The notes beneath the pieces were generated by a model that searched no databases, was not told the DNA's origin, and was given only the letters and a program-made list of their open reading frames with translations. A program made the translations under genes and the position numbers. DNA of 34,716 bases, from the IMG/VR virus record IMGVR_UViG_3300020398_000009, positions 1 to 34,716 of that record. One strand, given 5' to 3'. The stretch comes from a virus (Duplodnaviria; Caudoviricetes). Shown piece after piece: positions 17,013 to 25,738 of this stretch (position 1 is the first letter of the stretch; every line of letters starts with the position of its first letter).

Positions 17013-17825
17013 ATGCGAACCGAACCCACGACGTCAGACAGAAACACGCACTTTGCAGCCTTGATTCACGCGGCAGTCACTGAGCCTGGAGTGCTGGCCG
17101 ATTGCTACAAACTTTTTCACAGCTACTCGCCGTGGAACGTGTTTTGGGCAATGGGTCAGGCTCTCGCCTTGGGAATTGAAGTCGGGCCCCTCTCCACCTA
17201 CAAGCGGTGGAAGGCGCTTGGCCGGACAGTCAAGAAGGGCTCTAAGGCAATTTTTATGACCATGCCACGTTTGAAGTTTGCACCAGACCCCGAGGACCCA
17301 ACCAAGAAAATTCCTGCCGGCCAGTATTTTATCTCTGTGCCTAGGTGGTTTTTTCTGTCGCAGACCGACGGTCCAGACGTGGCCGTCGAAGCCGGCGATA
17401 GTGTGCAGTGGGACAAGGACATGGCGCTCAAGGCTCTTGAGATTACCGAAGAGACCTTCAGCCTAGCTGACGGGAATTGCGGTGGATACGCGCACGTCAC
17501 GGGAGACAAAAAAGGCACCATTGCAGTCAATCCGGTACACCCGCACCCCTATCGGATTTACTTCCACGAAATGGCCCATGTGCTGATGCACAGTGAGACT
17601 GAGACCGTCAAGGCTGAGGACAGACCGCCGTCAAACATTCGAGAGCTTGAGGCCGAACTCACCGCCTATATCTGCGCTCAGACCTTGGGCCTTGATGGAG
17701 CGTCAGAATCTCGCGGATACATCCAGCAGTGGTTCACTCACAAGACTGTTCCTGAGACGTCAGCCAAGTCTGTCTGCGAGACGGCGGCAAAGATTCTCGC
17801 TGCTGGGCAGTCGAGAAGACAATAA
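17013..17825 (+). CDS. ardC: ArdC-like antirestriction protein (ssDNA-binding N-domain + zincin-like domain)
   Basis: YSPWN, TYKRWKALGRTVKKGSKAI, F.LSQTDG, HEMAH (HExxH), RELEAE..AY, SRGYIQQW. Confidence 0.82.
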   Translation: MRTEPTTSDRNTHFAALIHAAVTEPGVLADCYKLFHSYSPWNVFWAMGQALALGIEVGPLSTYKRWKALGRTVKKGSKAIFMTMPRLKFAPDPEDPTKKIPAGQYFISVPRWFFLSQTDGPDVAVEAGDSVQWDKDMALKALEITEETFSLADGNCGGYAHVTGDKKGTIAVNPVHPHPYRIYFHEMAHVLMHSETETVKAEDRPPSNIRELEAELTAYICAQTLGLDGASESRGYIQQWFTHKTVPETSAKSVCETAAKILAAGQSRRQ

Positions 17826-17865
17826 GCCGACGCCTGGGACCACCACAGAGACCCCGGAGAAGACT

Positions 17866-18171
17866 ATGTCATTCCCACTCTACACAGTCATCGTCTCAAG
17901 CCAGCACGATGATTTACGTGACTGGCATAACAACGGAAGTCCGTCAAACACCGTTCAGCACTACGCGCTCAGCGTGAGCGGTGCTCGGCTGATCGCCTAT
18001 CGAGAATTCGTCTATCTTGGACGACCACCGTCTATCGGACACGACCAACTAATCTGGACTGAGCAGGACGACAACGACGTTGTGCTCGCGCAGCGTGACA
18101 CCTGGCTTGCTGACCACGGCTACTCGATCACAATACGTTATCTGTGCGACCTCCGTGAACCAGAGAGCTGA
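17866..18171 (+). CDS. Hypothetical protein
   Basis: RBS GGAG upstream of ATG 17866. Confidence 0.55.
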   Translation: MSFPLYTVIVSSQHDDLRDWHNNGSPSNTVQHYALSVSGARLIAYREFVYLGRPPSIGHDQLIWTEQDDNDVVLAQRDTWLADHGYSITIRYLCDLREPES

Positions 18172-18181
18172 GACATTCGTA

Positions 18182-18853
18182 ATGACACGAGAGACCACCA
18201 CCGGGCTCCGAGAGGCGCACCTAACCTGGCTACTACGGTTTGCTGGGAGCGACCTGCCAAAGTTCCGAAGTAAGGAGTCCAAGGAAGCTCGCGATCAGAT
18301 CAAAGAGACAGTCGTCGGCGAGGTGTGGCACGCGAAGCGGCTGCTATTACATCGGTGGTTGACTCCGATGGGTCGCGGTGAGCAGCAGTCGGTGATTGAG
18401 GAGCGTCTTGACGAGTCACGGTTCAGGCGACAGCTCAGGCTACCGACTGAGGATGAGGTCCGACAGCTCCACACGTGGTTGGTGCGCGACCTGGCACAGA
18501 CTCGACCACCGGGCATGGAACTGAATCGGTCAATCAACACGAACAGCGTGTTCCTGCCCATCTCGTACGCGAGGAGTCCGTATCAGCCGGTCGTGGTGCG
18601 TAAGAGCGACGACTACAAGCGGTTGCTGTTTGTGAAAGATGAAGACGTGTATGTCGCCTCGGCCTTTGAGCTGCTAAGTGCGTTCGGTGATCGAGTTCTG
18701 CGCTGCGAGGACCAAGACTGTGACCGGTTGTTCGTTCGGATACGCCAGATGAGGTATTGCTCGGATCAATGTTCCGCTCGGGTTCGCATGCGGAAGCACC
18801 GTATCGAGAACAAGGATGCTGTGAACGCGAGAAGGCGAGAGAGATATCGGTAG
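18182..18853 (+). CDS. CGNR-type zinc-finger protein
   Basis: C-terminal RCEDQDCDRLFV...RYCSDQCSARVRMRKHR. Confidence 0.75.
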   Translation: MTRETTTGLREAHLTWLLRFAGSDLPKFRSKESKEARDQIKETVVGEVWHAKRLLLHRWLTPMGRGEQQSVIEERLDESRFRRQLRLPTEDEVRQLHTWLVRDLAQTRPPGMELNRSINTNSVFLPISYARSPYQPVVVRKSDDYKRLLFVKDEDVYVASAFELLSAFGDRVLRCEDQDCDRLFVRIRQMRYCSDQCSARVRMRKHRIENKDAVNARRRERYR

Positions 18854-18883
18854 GCCACGAAAGTAGAGGCTGAGCTGAAGAAT

Positions 18884-19243
18884 ATGATCCCGATCTTTTA
18901 CGGTTACGTCGAGCGCGGCGTCGTGCGCGTCGACCATCGTGACCGGATGCGATCGTACCTGATGTCGTTGGACGGTGAGCGGGTCGTCGTGACCGTGCAG
19001 AAGGCCGAGTCCGGCCGCACGATAAACCAGAATAGATACTACTGGCTGATCGTGCGCATCGTGGGCGACCACTGCGGATACAGCGCCAGCGAGACTCATA
19101 CAGAGATCAAGAAGCGCTTCGGCATAACGACGTCTAGTGCGGCGCTGACGCTAGAGGAGTTTTCGGAGTATGTCGAACGGGTCGTGGCGTGGGCTCAGAC
19201 TGACTTGGGTCTGACACTCCCTGCGCCGGACGAGGTGCGCTAG
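18884..19243 (+). CDS. NinB/Orf-like recombination accessory protein
   Basis: RTINQNRYYW...E.H..K...SSAALTLEEFSEYVERV..LG..LP. Confidence 0.7.
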   Translation: MIPIFYGYVERGVVRVDHRDRMRSYLMSLDGERVVVTVQKAESGRTINQNRYYWLIVRIVGDHCGYSASETHTEIKKRFGITTSSAALTLEEFSEYVERVVAWAQTDLGLTLPAPDEVR

Positions 19244-19418
19244 GGTCGTCGGGTTGGATCGACACCGCCCATCGGTCAGCCAGTCCGATCACGAGACCGG
19301 CTGTGAAGGCCAGCAGAATCGCGTGGGTCCCGTACGCCATCGGCCAGCGTAGCTGGCAGTAGACGGCCGTGCCGCCCATGAGCACCGCTGAGACGTTGAA
19401 AAAGAATGACAGGTTCAC
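19134..19418 (-). CDS. Hypothetical membrane protein
   Basis: Two hydrophobic segments; GTGA coupling to upstream ORF; 3' end overlaps convergent NinB-like gene. Confidence 0.45.
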   Translation of the reverse strand: MNLSFFFNVSAVLMGGTAVYCQLRWPMAYGTHAILLAFTAGLVIGLADRWAVSIQPDDPSAPRPAQGVSDPSQSEPTPRPVRHTPKTPLASAPH

Positions 19419-19603
19419 GACGCGTTCCTGAGCTTTGACCGGTCTTTGAGGAGTGCGTAGAGCGACGCTTGTGTACGCGTCAGCTTTTTACCGAGGTCGT
19501 GTAACTGCGTCAGCGTCAGCGACGTGAGTAAACGATACGATTCTCGTTCGCGCCTGGCCTGCGCGAGTGCCTGGTGCAGGACGTCGACCTGGAGGTCAGT
19601 CAC
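19415..19603 (-). CDS. Hypothetical coiled-coil protein
   Basis: GTG start overlapping previous stop, RBS GGGAGG; helical Leu-rich sequence. Confidence 0.55.
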   Translation of the reverse strand: MTDLQVDVLHQALAQARRERESYRLLTSLTLTQLHDLGKKLTRTQASLYALLKDRSKLRNAS

Positions 19604-21090
19604 CGTCTGCCCTCCCACGGTCTCACGACACCGTCCCACGGCTCTATGCCCCAATCTGTGCGCCAGCGCCTGGGTGGTCCGGCACTTGAAATGTCGATGC
19701 GCTCGCTGTCAGGGTCGCCCACACCGCCACGGAGCCCCGGATACCAAATCGTGTCTTTGGAGACACGGATAATGCCAGGCATCACCGTTGGGAGGTCATG
19801 CGTGAACGCCTCCGTAATACTGTGAATCGTCTGGTCGCCATCGGGTCGCCACACGAGATTGCAGAGGACACGTGCCTTCGGGGTTGTGACGTTCCCCGTA
19901 CCGCGCGCACCACCCACGCAGCACGCCACCGCACGGTCAGCGGCTCGGGATTCGGTATATTGATGGTGCTGGGCGGCACCCCCTTCGGCGGCACTGTGTT
20001 CATACGCCACAACGGTGCGGCCACCTGCACGCGACACTACCTGACGGGTATAAGCCTGCAACTGCATTCGGGTATCGCTCCGCTTCCCTTGAAGCAGTAT
20101 CAGACAGTCCGCGGGAAGTTTCGCAAATTGATCGGCACGAATCGAGTCCATATGCTCCGAGCCGTGGAAGGCTACGTGAGAATGCCGCGCTCGTAATTCG
20201 TGGAACAGGCTTCCGTATTGCGTGGAGCTGCGTCGTTCGTCGATCTCAAATTCTGGAATGATCCAGGCGAACTTTCCAGCAAACTGCTCGACTACTGTTT
20301 CGCACCGTTGGATCAAGATGTCAGGACTGATCTCATCGGTGTCTGATCCCGACGCCCCACGGTCGTGCAGTACGAGGTTGGGGGTCAACCCTGCCTCAAT
20401 CGCAAGATCCAAAAGCCGTCCGGTGCGTACCAAACTGTCTGTATTCTCGAACGTGTTAATGTCGAAATCGCCCGCCCACCCGTGATCAAAGAACCGCTTG
20501 CGATAGATCCATTGCAAATAAACGTCGAGATGGATTGCCCCACTAGATTTGCGTTTCGCAAGTAACTGCGGCCAAATAGACTCTGAACACGACAAGATCG
20601 ACGGGCCAAAGTACGGATAGAGGAACGACCCAGTGTACGGGTGTGAGACAAGGTCAGACGTCAACGACGACCGCCCTGGTGTTGGCTTTGGCGTCAAAGG
20701 ATGCTTCTTCGCCCACTCCGGTGACGCCCGAATGTCCTCCCGTATTTTCGCGACAGTCCAATCGTCTTGGGAGGCTTTTCGGGCATAGAAATCAAGTCCA
20801 ACCTTGTCGGGCTCGCGGAATAATTCTTCGAGGTAGATCGTATGGATGGACGCCTTTAGCGCCTCCTGATCCTCATCCTCGAACGGGTCGACCGCTACCA
20901 CCACCTGGGGCAGCGGTCGCAGGGGCAGCGCATAGAGACGACCATGATGGGAACGCACAGTCTTCCAGTCGTCTGAAATCACAAACGTTTCCCAGGCGCC
21001 GCGAGTCTCTTTGGGGCGTCGCACCCACGTGCCCCCCGGCTCTTCGGACCACACATGAGTACCGCTCGCGCGGAGCACCACTTTCGCCAT
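19600..21090 (-). CDS. Multidomain protein, possibly glycoside-hydrolase-like
   Basis: Fascin-like N-terminal motif (EEPGG...GAWETF), DUF4214-like IY.E.L.REPD..GL.FY, then alternating beta/alpha core. Confidence 0.45.
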   Translation of the reverse strand: MAKVVLRASGTHVWSEEPGGTWVRRPKETRGAWETFVISDDWKTVRSHHGRLYALPLRPLPQVVVAVDPFEDEDQEALKASIHTIYLEELFREPDKVGLDFYARKASQDDWTVAKIREDIRASPEWAKKHPLTPKPTPGRSSLTSDLVSHPYTGSFLYPYFGPSILSCSESIWPQLLAKRKSSGAIHLDVYLQWIYRKRFFDHGWAGDFDINTFENTDSLVRTGRLLDLAIEAGLTPNLVLHDRGASGSDTDEISPDILIQRCETVVEQFAGKFAWIIPEFEIDERRSSTQYGSLFHELRARHSHVAFHGSEHMDSIRADQFAKLPADCLILLQGKRSDTRMQLQAYTRQVVSRAGGRTVVAYEHSAAEGGAAQHHQYTESRAADRAVACCVGGARGTGNVTTPKARVLCNLVWRPDGDQTIHSITEAFTHDLPTVMPGIIRVSKDTIWYPGLRGGVGDPDSERIDISSAGPPRRWRTDWGIEPWDGVVRPWEGRR

Positions 21091-21105
21091 GAGTCTTGTC
21101 CCTTC

Positions 21106-21306
21106 TCAGCATGAAATAGAACCACCGTACATCCACCCGTCACTGACAGGCCCATCAACCGTGCATCCCTCGACAATCCGCTGAACAGCACGCCGGCTGC
21201 TTCTTCCTTGTTGACCTTCGGCCTGTACGGACGACGACGTCAGTGTGACCGCCACCAACACCCACACGCCGACCACCAACGCCGCGAGCAGTATACGAGT
21301 CTCCAT
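21106..21306 (-). CDS. Small exported/membrane protein
   Basis: RBS AAGGAG; METRILLAALVVGVWVLVAV hydrophobic leader; Cys pair. Confidence 0.6.
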   Translation of the reverse strand: METRILLAALVVGVWVLVAVTLTSSSVQAEGQQGRSSRRAVQRIVEGCTVDGPVSDGWMYGGSISC

Positions 21307-21489
21307 GTAATGCTCTCCTTCCCTGTAGCTAGCGCCACTCCCGGTCTCACCCGTCCAGGTGTCCGCTACCCCAGTATGTATTGGGTGATCCTGCGATGGC
21401 CACCCGTCCGCCGACCTCTTCGCCGGACGGGTCGAATTCTCCTGTTTTACCCCAGTTTTATTAGGTTCGGGACGCTTGGACACCTTGTT

Positions 21490-21723
21490 TCACAACACGT
21501 CGCCCTGATCCGCCAGCAGTGAGTGCTGGCGGTAGGCGACCCACAACTCGGCTTTCTTTTGATCGCGGGCCTCGGTGGAAAGCGGAGGCGAACACGCGAC
21601 GAATTGCGGAGGCTGACGTGGCTCTGGGTCCCTGTCAAGGAGCAGCCTGAAGGCTCGCAATCGCTCCGGGTCGTGGGTATACGGGTCTGATCGCACAGTC
21701 TGTCTCACCATCAAAAAAGACAC
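21490..21723 (-). CDS. Hypothetical protein
   Basis: Co-oriented ORF filling operon gap; start uncertain. Confidence 0.4.
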   Translation of the reverse strand: MSFLMVRQTVRSDPYTHDPERLRAFRLLLDRDPEPRQPPQFVACSPPLSTEARDQKKAELWVAYRQHSLLADQGDVL

Positions 21724-21734
21724 CGTGGGTAGAT

Positions 21735-21799
21735 GTCACTGCAATGCCGACTGCAATGTGGGGTGTGTCTCTAAGAGACACACCCCACATTGCAGTGAC
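21735..21799. repeat. Perfect 23-bp-arm palindrome with flanking direct repeat
   Basis: ACTGCAATGTGGGGTGTGTCTCT-A-AGAGACACACCCCACATTGCAGT (21750-21796) plus extra GTCACTGCAATG at 21735. Confidence 0.9.
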
Positions 21800-21801
21800 G
21801 G

Positions 21802-22059
21802 TCACACGATACCGCGTGTGGCCGGTCCAAACGACGTGGGCGGATCACGGGTCGTCCACAGCGCAAACGGCTGATGACACTCCAAGCCGTCCTCACGGGG
21901 GGGACGATGCACCTCCTCCCAGTGCAGCCAGCCCCCGTCGATATGCGGAATCAAACAATCTCCGCAGATCACGCAGACGACGTACTCAGTCTGGTGGCGA
22001 CAGAGCCAGCGTTCCAACACAGACTGCGTCACGTCGTCCCAACGTATGTGTTCCGTCAT
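21802..22059 (-). CDS. Hypothetical Cys/His-containing protein
   Basis: RBS AAGGAGG; CVICGDC motif; ATGA coupling. Confidence 0.55.
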   Translation of the reverse strand: MTEHIRWDDVTQSVLERWLCRHQTEYVVCVICGDCLIPHIDGGWLHWEEVHRPPREDGLECHQPFALWTTRDPPTSFGPATRGIV

Positions 22060-22448
22060 GACCCCTCCTTCTTTGCTGCCTCGTGGGCGAAAACGTCGAC
22101 CAGGGTCTGACCAGTCAGTCCGTCTCTGCGACGTGCCCACGTTCGTGCCGTCGTCACGTCGCGCAGGACGACGACTGCTCCGCCAGTCCAACCAGACATG
22201 AACGTCCGTTGGTCCTTGGTGAGTCGTCTGGCGCTCGGCGGCTTCGCACCGTCCTTCACCTCGACCAAAAAGGTCTGTCCAGCGAGCCCGACGAGGAGGT
22301 CTGGACAGCCGACGGCCACGCCGGAAACACCGTAGACAACGGCTCCGGCATCCCTCAGCGCCTCGATAATGGCAGATCGATTTGTGTCCACGGCTTCACA
22401 CGTCCGTTCCGCATCAGTAAAAAGGGAGCATGGCCCTGGTGTCCGCAC
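22056..22448 (-). CDS. VRR-NUC-like endonuclease (start uncertain)
   Basis: VDTN..AI..ALR..G, GCPDLLVG, LVEVKDG.KPPSARRLT.DQ..F. Confidence 0.75.
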   Translation of the reverse strand: MRTPGPCSLFTDAERTCEAVDTNRSAIIEALRDAGAVVYGVSGVAVGCPDLLVGLAGQTFLVEVKDGAKPPSARRLTKDQRTFMSGWTGGAVVVLRDVTTARTWARRRDGLTGQTLVDVFAHEAAKKEGS

Positions 22449-22600
22449 CGCGCCGTTGCCACGACCACCGGAACGTCTCCACCACGCCTGGACGGACGTC
22501 CAGACTGTGCTTCTCGCTCCACGATCAAAAGGTCACCACAGACATCGCACGTCGTCGTGTCATACCCGCACTGCTCCGCTGTCCGCCGGCCACCAGTCAC
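22355..22600 (-). CDS. Hypothetical zinc-ribbon-like protein
   Basis: CDVCGD motif; GTG start coupled to previous stop. Confidence 0.35.
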   Translation of the reverse strand: MTGGRRTAEQCGYDTTTCDVCGDLLIVEREAQSGRPSRRGGDVPVVVATARCGHQGHAPFLLMRNGRVKPWTQIDLPLSRR

Positions 22601-22968
22601 CACAGACGCTCCTGACCCTGGTCTAGCTTTCCGACGCAAGTGTATTCAAAGAGATTCCCCAGACGACGTTTGCGGATATCGTACGCGCCGAAGCGCGGCT
22701 TCCGCAGATTGCGGAGTTGGGCGCTGATGGAGGCCTGTGGGTCAGACGTGCGTGCGGCAATGCCGTTGAGTGTCAACCAGCGTCCATCCTTCACTGTCTC
22801 ATAGACGCGCTTCAGCTGCCCCGTCAGACGCACTTTGTCCTTCGCAGCAATATACGTGTCCCCGTCGAAATCAGGGGCCGTAGAGGGCCGCTGAGCGCGT
22901 GTCACGCCCGGTTCACCAAACGCTTGTGTCGGGTCAAACACGATTCTCCTCTTTGACTGTTTCACCAT
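22597..22968 (-). CDS. Winged-helix DNA-binding protein
   Basis: RLTGQLKRVY...DGRWLTLNGIA....PQASISAQLRNLRK. Confidence 0.7.
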   Translation of the reverse strand: MVKQSKRRIVFDPTQAFGEPGVTRAQRPSTAPDFDGDTYIAAKDKVRLTGQLKRVYETVKDGRWLTLNGIAARTSDPQASISAQLRNLRKPRFGAYDIRKRRLGNLFEYTCVGKLDQGQERLW

Positions 22969-24239
22969 GTCCTCACTTTCTCTTTCAGATCAGATTCCCC
23001 GGCAGGCTGCGGGTCCTCGGCGGTCCGTTCCCTGAACCGTTGATACTCCCCGTCGAATACCAGATCAATCTCGCCCAATGGTCCGTTCCTGAATTTACGC
23101 ACGGCCAAGACGGTCCTGTCTGGCACCGTGTCGTCCGACACGCGCGCGAGCATCCAGACCAAATCAGCATCCTGCTCGATTTCACCGCTGTCTCTCAGGT
23201 CTGAGAGATACGGGAGTCCACCGCGCGCCTCCACCGCCCGGTTCAACTGGCACAGTGCGAGCACGGAAACGCCGCAGTCGTGGGCAATCGCCTTCAGCCC
23301 CCGGCTCAGTGTGCCAACTTCAGCCGTACGTGACCGGTAGCCTCGCGTATACGACGGAGGATTGAGCAGTTGTAGGTAGTCGACCACCAGCAGTCCGCCG
23401 CGCTGCACCATCGCTCGACGCAGGTCACCGAGACCCAGTCCGCTGCGGTCGTCAATCTGGATCGGCAACGACGAGAGGGACTCCACGCTGGAGGCAATCC
23501 GACGATATTCCAGGTCGTTCAGGTCCCCACGACGCAGGTGACCGAAGTCCACCGGCCCGGTCGAGGAAAGCCAGCGCATGGTCAGCGCCGAGGCCGTCAT
23601 TTCTAAACTGGCGACCCAGACCGGATGACCGGCTTCCGCCACGGCCAGTGCGCTCTGGAGCGCCAGTGCCGACTTCCCGCTGCTCGGGCGACCGGCCAGG
23701 ACGGTCAGTTCCCCAGGCCGATACCCCGCGCCCAGCCTGTCCAGCGACGGCAGACCGGTCGGCAACACGTCGACAGGGCAATCCATCTCCTGGATCAAGG
23801 CCGTCAGCGCCTCGCTGAGCGGTTTCCCGCCAAATCGTGCCAGCCGCACGGCCTGTTTGATGTGGTCAATGACCTGCTCCGCCACCGCCTGCGCTGTTGT
23901 CGCATCCTCGATGCCGAGGAGCGCCGCGTGCAGCGTCTGCGACACCGAGCGTCGGTCGCTCAGGTCCACCAGCGCCTCAGTCGCGTCGGATAGCGAAAAC
24001 GAGGGAGGCACCGCCTCCATGAAGTCGGCAATCTCCTGAGAGGTCAGCTCCTCCACACGGGCCGTCCAGGGTGACGTGCGCCCATCGAGAATCTCTTGGA
24101 ATAACGCCGCGTGTGTCGCCACGAAAAAGTCGTCAACCGTCAGGCGCTCGCGCACTTCACAGACCCGATCAGGAGACTTGAGCAACGTACCCAGTACGGC
24201 CTGTTCCAGGTCTGCCTTGTGCGGATAGGGCGTGTTCAC
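22962..24239 (-). CDS. dnaB: Replicative DNA helicase, DnaB family
   Basis: LEQAVLG, TG..LD, LAGRPSSGKS, SLEM, VVDYLQL, LCQLNRAVE, LSDLRDSGEIEQDAD, KFRNGPLG. Confidence 0.95.
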   Translation of the reverse strand: MNTPYPHKADLEQAVLGTLLKSPDRVCEVRERLTVDDFFVATHAALFQEILDGRTSPWTARVEELTSQEIADFMEAVPPSFSLSDATEALVDLSDRRSVSQTLHAALLGIEDATTAQAVAEQVIDHIKQAVRLARFGGKPLSEALTALIQEMDCPVDVLPTGLPSLDRLGAGYRPGELTVLAGRPSSGKSALALQSALAVAEAGHPVWVASLEMTASALTMRWLSSTGPVDFGHLRRGDLNDLEYRRIASSVESLSSLPIQIDDRSGLGLGDLRRAMVQRGGLLVVDYLQLLNPPSYTRGYRSRTAEVGTLSRGLKAIAHDCGVSVLALCQLNRAVEARGGLPYLSDLRDSGEIEQDADLVWMLARVSDDTVPDRTVLAVRKFRNGPLGEIDLVFDGEYQRFRERTAEDPQPAGESDLKEKVRTW

Positions 24240-24259
24240 AGGTGGATTCCTCCAGTCAG

Positions 24260-24949
24260 TCAGGTCACCGAATGGATCTTGAGGTGCGTGGCAATGTCTC
24301 CGATCAGCGATTTGAGCATCGGCAACGTCCGCTGGTGCCCAACCATGAACTTCGCCTTCGGATGGTTCTCAGCGTCGATACGTAGGAAAAACTCCGTGAT
24401 CTTGAGCAGGTCGTCCGCGCTGTACGCCTCGGACATCTCATGTGCCGCGTGCAGGTCTTTGGTCTTTTGTATGGTCGTGTTCCCGAGGTAGGGCTGGCCC
24501 TGGATCTTGCGATACAGCTCCTGATAGTGCGTGAGGTACACCCCGGCGGCAGAGACGGCAGTGCCACGTCCGTTTTGTGGAGCGACCACGGGCGTCGTCA
24601 GCGACGGCGGGTCAGGCAGCTTACTAACCGTCCGCCGATGTAGCCCGGATTGATGGTCGTTAAAAGCCAGAATCGCCACATACTGCCGGTCCTCCACCAG
24701 ATACAGTTCAATCAGACCCACGCGAGACAGTAACTCCAGCGCAGCCTGGAAGTCCGTTTCACCTCGACTCGAAACCGGCCAGACACGGTATTTGATCGTG
24801 AATGCATCCCCCTCCAATCGTCCGAAATCGTCCGACCAGGCGACGAGCAACGGGAAGAGCGCAGCGGAGAATTCGCCCAGTTTTCCGGTGAGGGCCGCAA
24901 ACTTGCGAGAGGTGCCCAACGTCCGAGAGATGATCCGTCCGCGCGCCAT
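24260..24949 (-). CDS. Phage replication initiator (replisome organizer, lambda O-like role)
   Basis: MARGRIIS...DDFGR.EG...L...GLIELY..EDRQY..I..F.DHQ N-terminal domain; directly upstream of dnaB. Confidence 0.75.
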   Translation of the reverse strand: MARGRIISRTLGTSRKFAALTGKLGEFSAALFPLLVAWSDDFGRLEGDAFTIKYRVWPVSSRGETDFQAALELLSRVGLIELYLVEDRQYVAILAFNDHQSGLHRRTVSKLPDPPSLTTPVVAPQNGRGTAVSAAGVYLTHYQELYRKIQGQPYLGNTTIQKTKDLHAAHEMSEAYSADDLLKITEFFLRIDAENHPKAKFMVGHQRTLPMLKSLIGDIATHLKIHSVT

Positions 24950-24964
24950 GGTCGTCTCCTCCGC

Positions 24965-25309
24965 TCACTCACTACTTCGCCTGACAAAGATCATCCTGCG
25001 TGGGAATGCATCCTCGTCGTCTAGCGACTGGATACTCCCCACTCCGTCGTGGACGTCGCGGTGGTGCTGTCGACAGGTTGCCACGAGATGCGTTGCTAGG
25101 GCGCTGTCTCCGACATTGCGGCGTCCGATACCACCGATGAGGTGGTGGACTTCGTCTGCTGGAAATCCGCACCGTACGCCAAGCTCCCAAATCTCACAGC
25201 GGCCCTCGCTACGGTCGAGAACTTTGGCGCGCTGTTCACGTTGGAATTGTGCGTGATCCATGCGCTTCCGGCGTGTCACTCGACGCTGCGGTTCCGGCTT
25301 CGGAAACAT
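24965..25309 (-). CDS. HNH endonuclease-like protein
   Basis: MFPKP..., RSEGRCE...C...EVHH...R...LVATCRQHH; start could extend to 25384. Confidence 0.7.
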   Translation of the reverse strand: MFPKPEPQRRVTRRKRMDHAQFQREQRAKVLDRSEGRCEIWELGVRCGFPADEVHHLIGGIGRRNVGDSALATHLVATCRQHHRDVHDGVGSIQSLDDEDAFPRRMIFVRRSSE

Positions 25310-25426
25310 TGTCGTCGTCCATGCAAATAAAGAAAGACCCGATAGATCCACACGGCTCGGGTCAACACCGTCAGGAGACAGCACGTCTAGGGCGCGCTGC
25401 CGTGGACTGGAGCGCCGTGGTTAGCA

Positions 25427-25738
25427 CTAGAACGGAATGTCATCCGCAGTCACTTCCGCGCGTGCGGGTCTGGCCTTGGGCACAAACGCTGGTCCTATTT
25501 TCAGACTGCCGTCCGGGCCTTCGTTGCCGGACTTCGTCGGACGCTTCTCCGCCGCTGCCTTCGGCGTAATCGACGCGACGTCCAGCCAGATCGTGAAGTC
25601 GAGACGGTCGTCGTTCGCCAGTCGCACCGCCTCCGCCAGCGCCGACTTGTTCACACTGCCCGAGAGCAGTGCTTTCCCGCTCGGCAGCGTCTTCAGAAAT
25701 AGCCCTGTCAAATACGACTCTTTTTCATGCGGCATCAT
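25427..25738 (-). CDS. ssb: Single-stranded DNA-binding protein (putative)
   Basis: GLF...G...LSGSV core, acidic DDIPF C-terminus, follows ERF and exonuclease. Confidence 0.6.
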   Translation of the reverse strand: MMPHEKESYLTGLFLKTLPSGKALLSGSVNKSALAEAVRLANDDRLDFTIWLDVASITPKAAAEKRPTKSGNEGPDGSLKIGPAFVPKARPARAEVTADDIPF

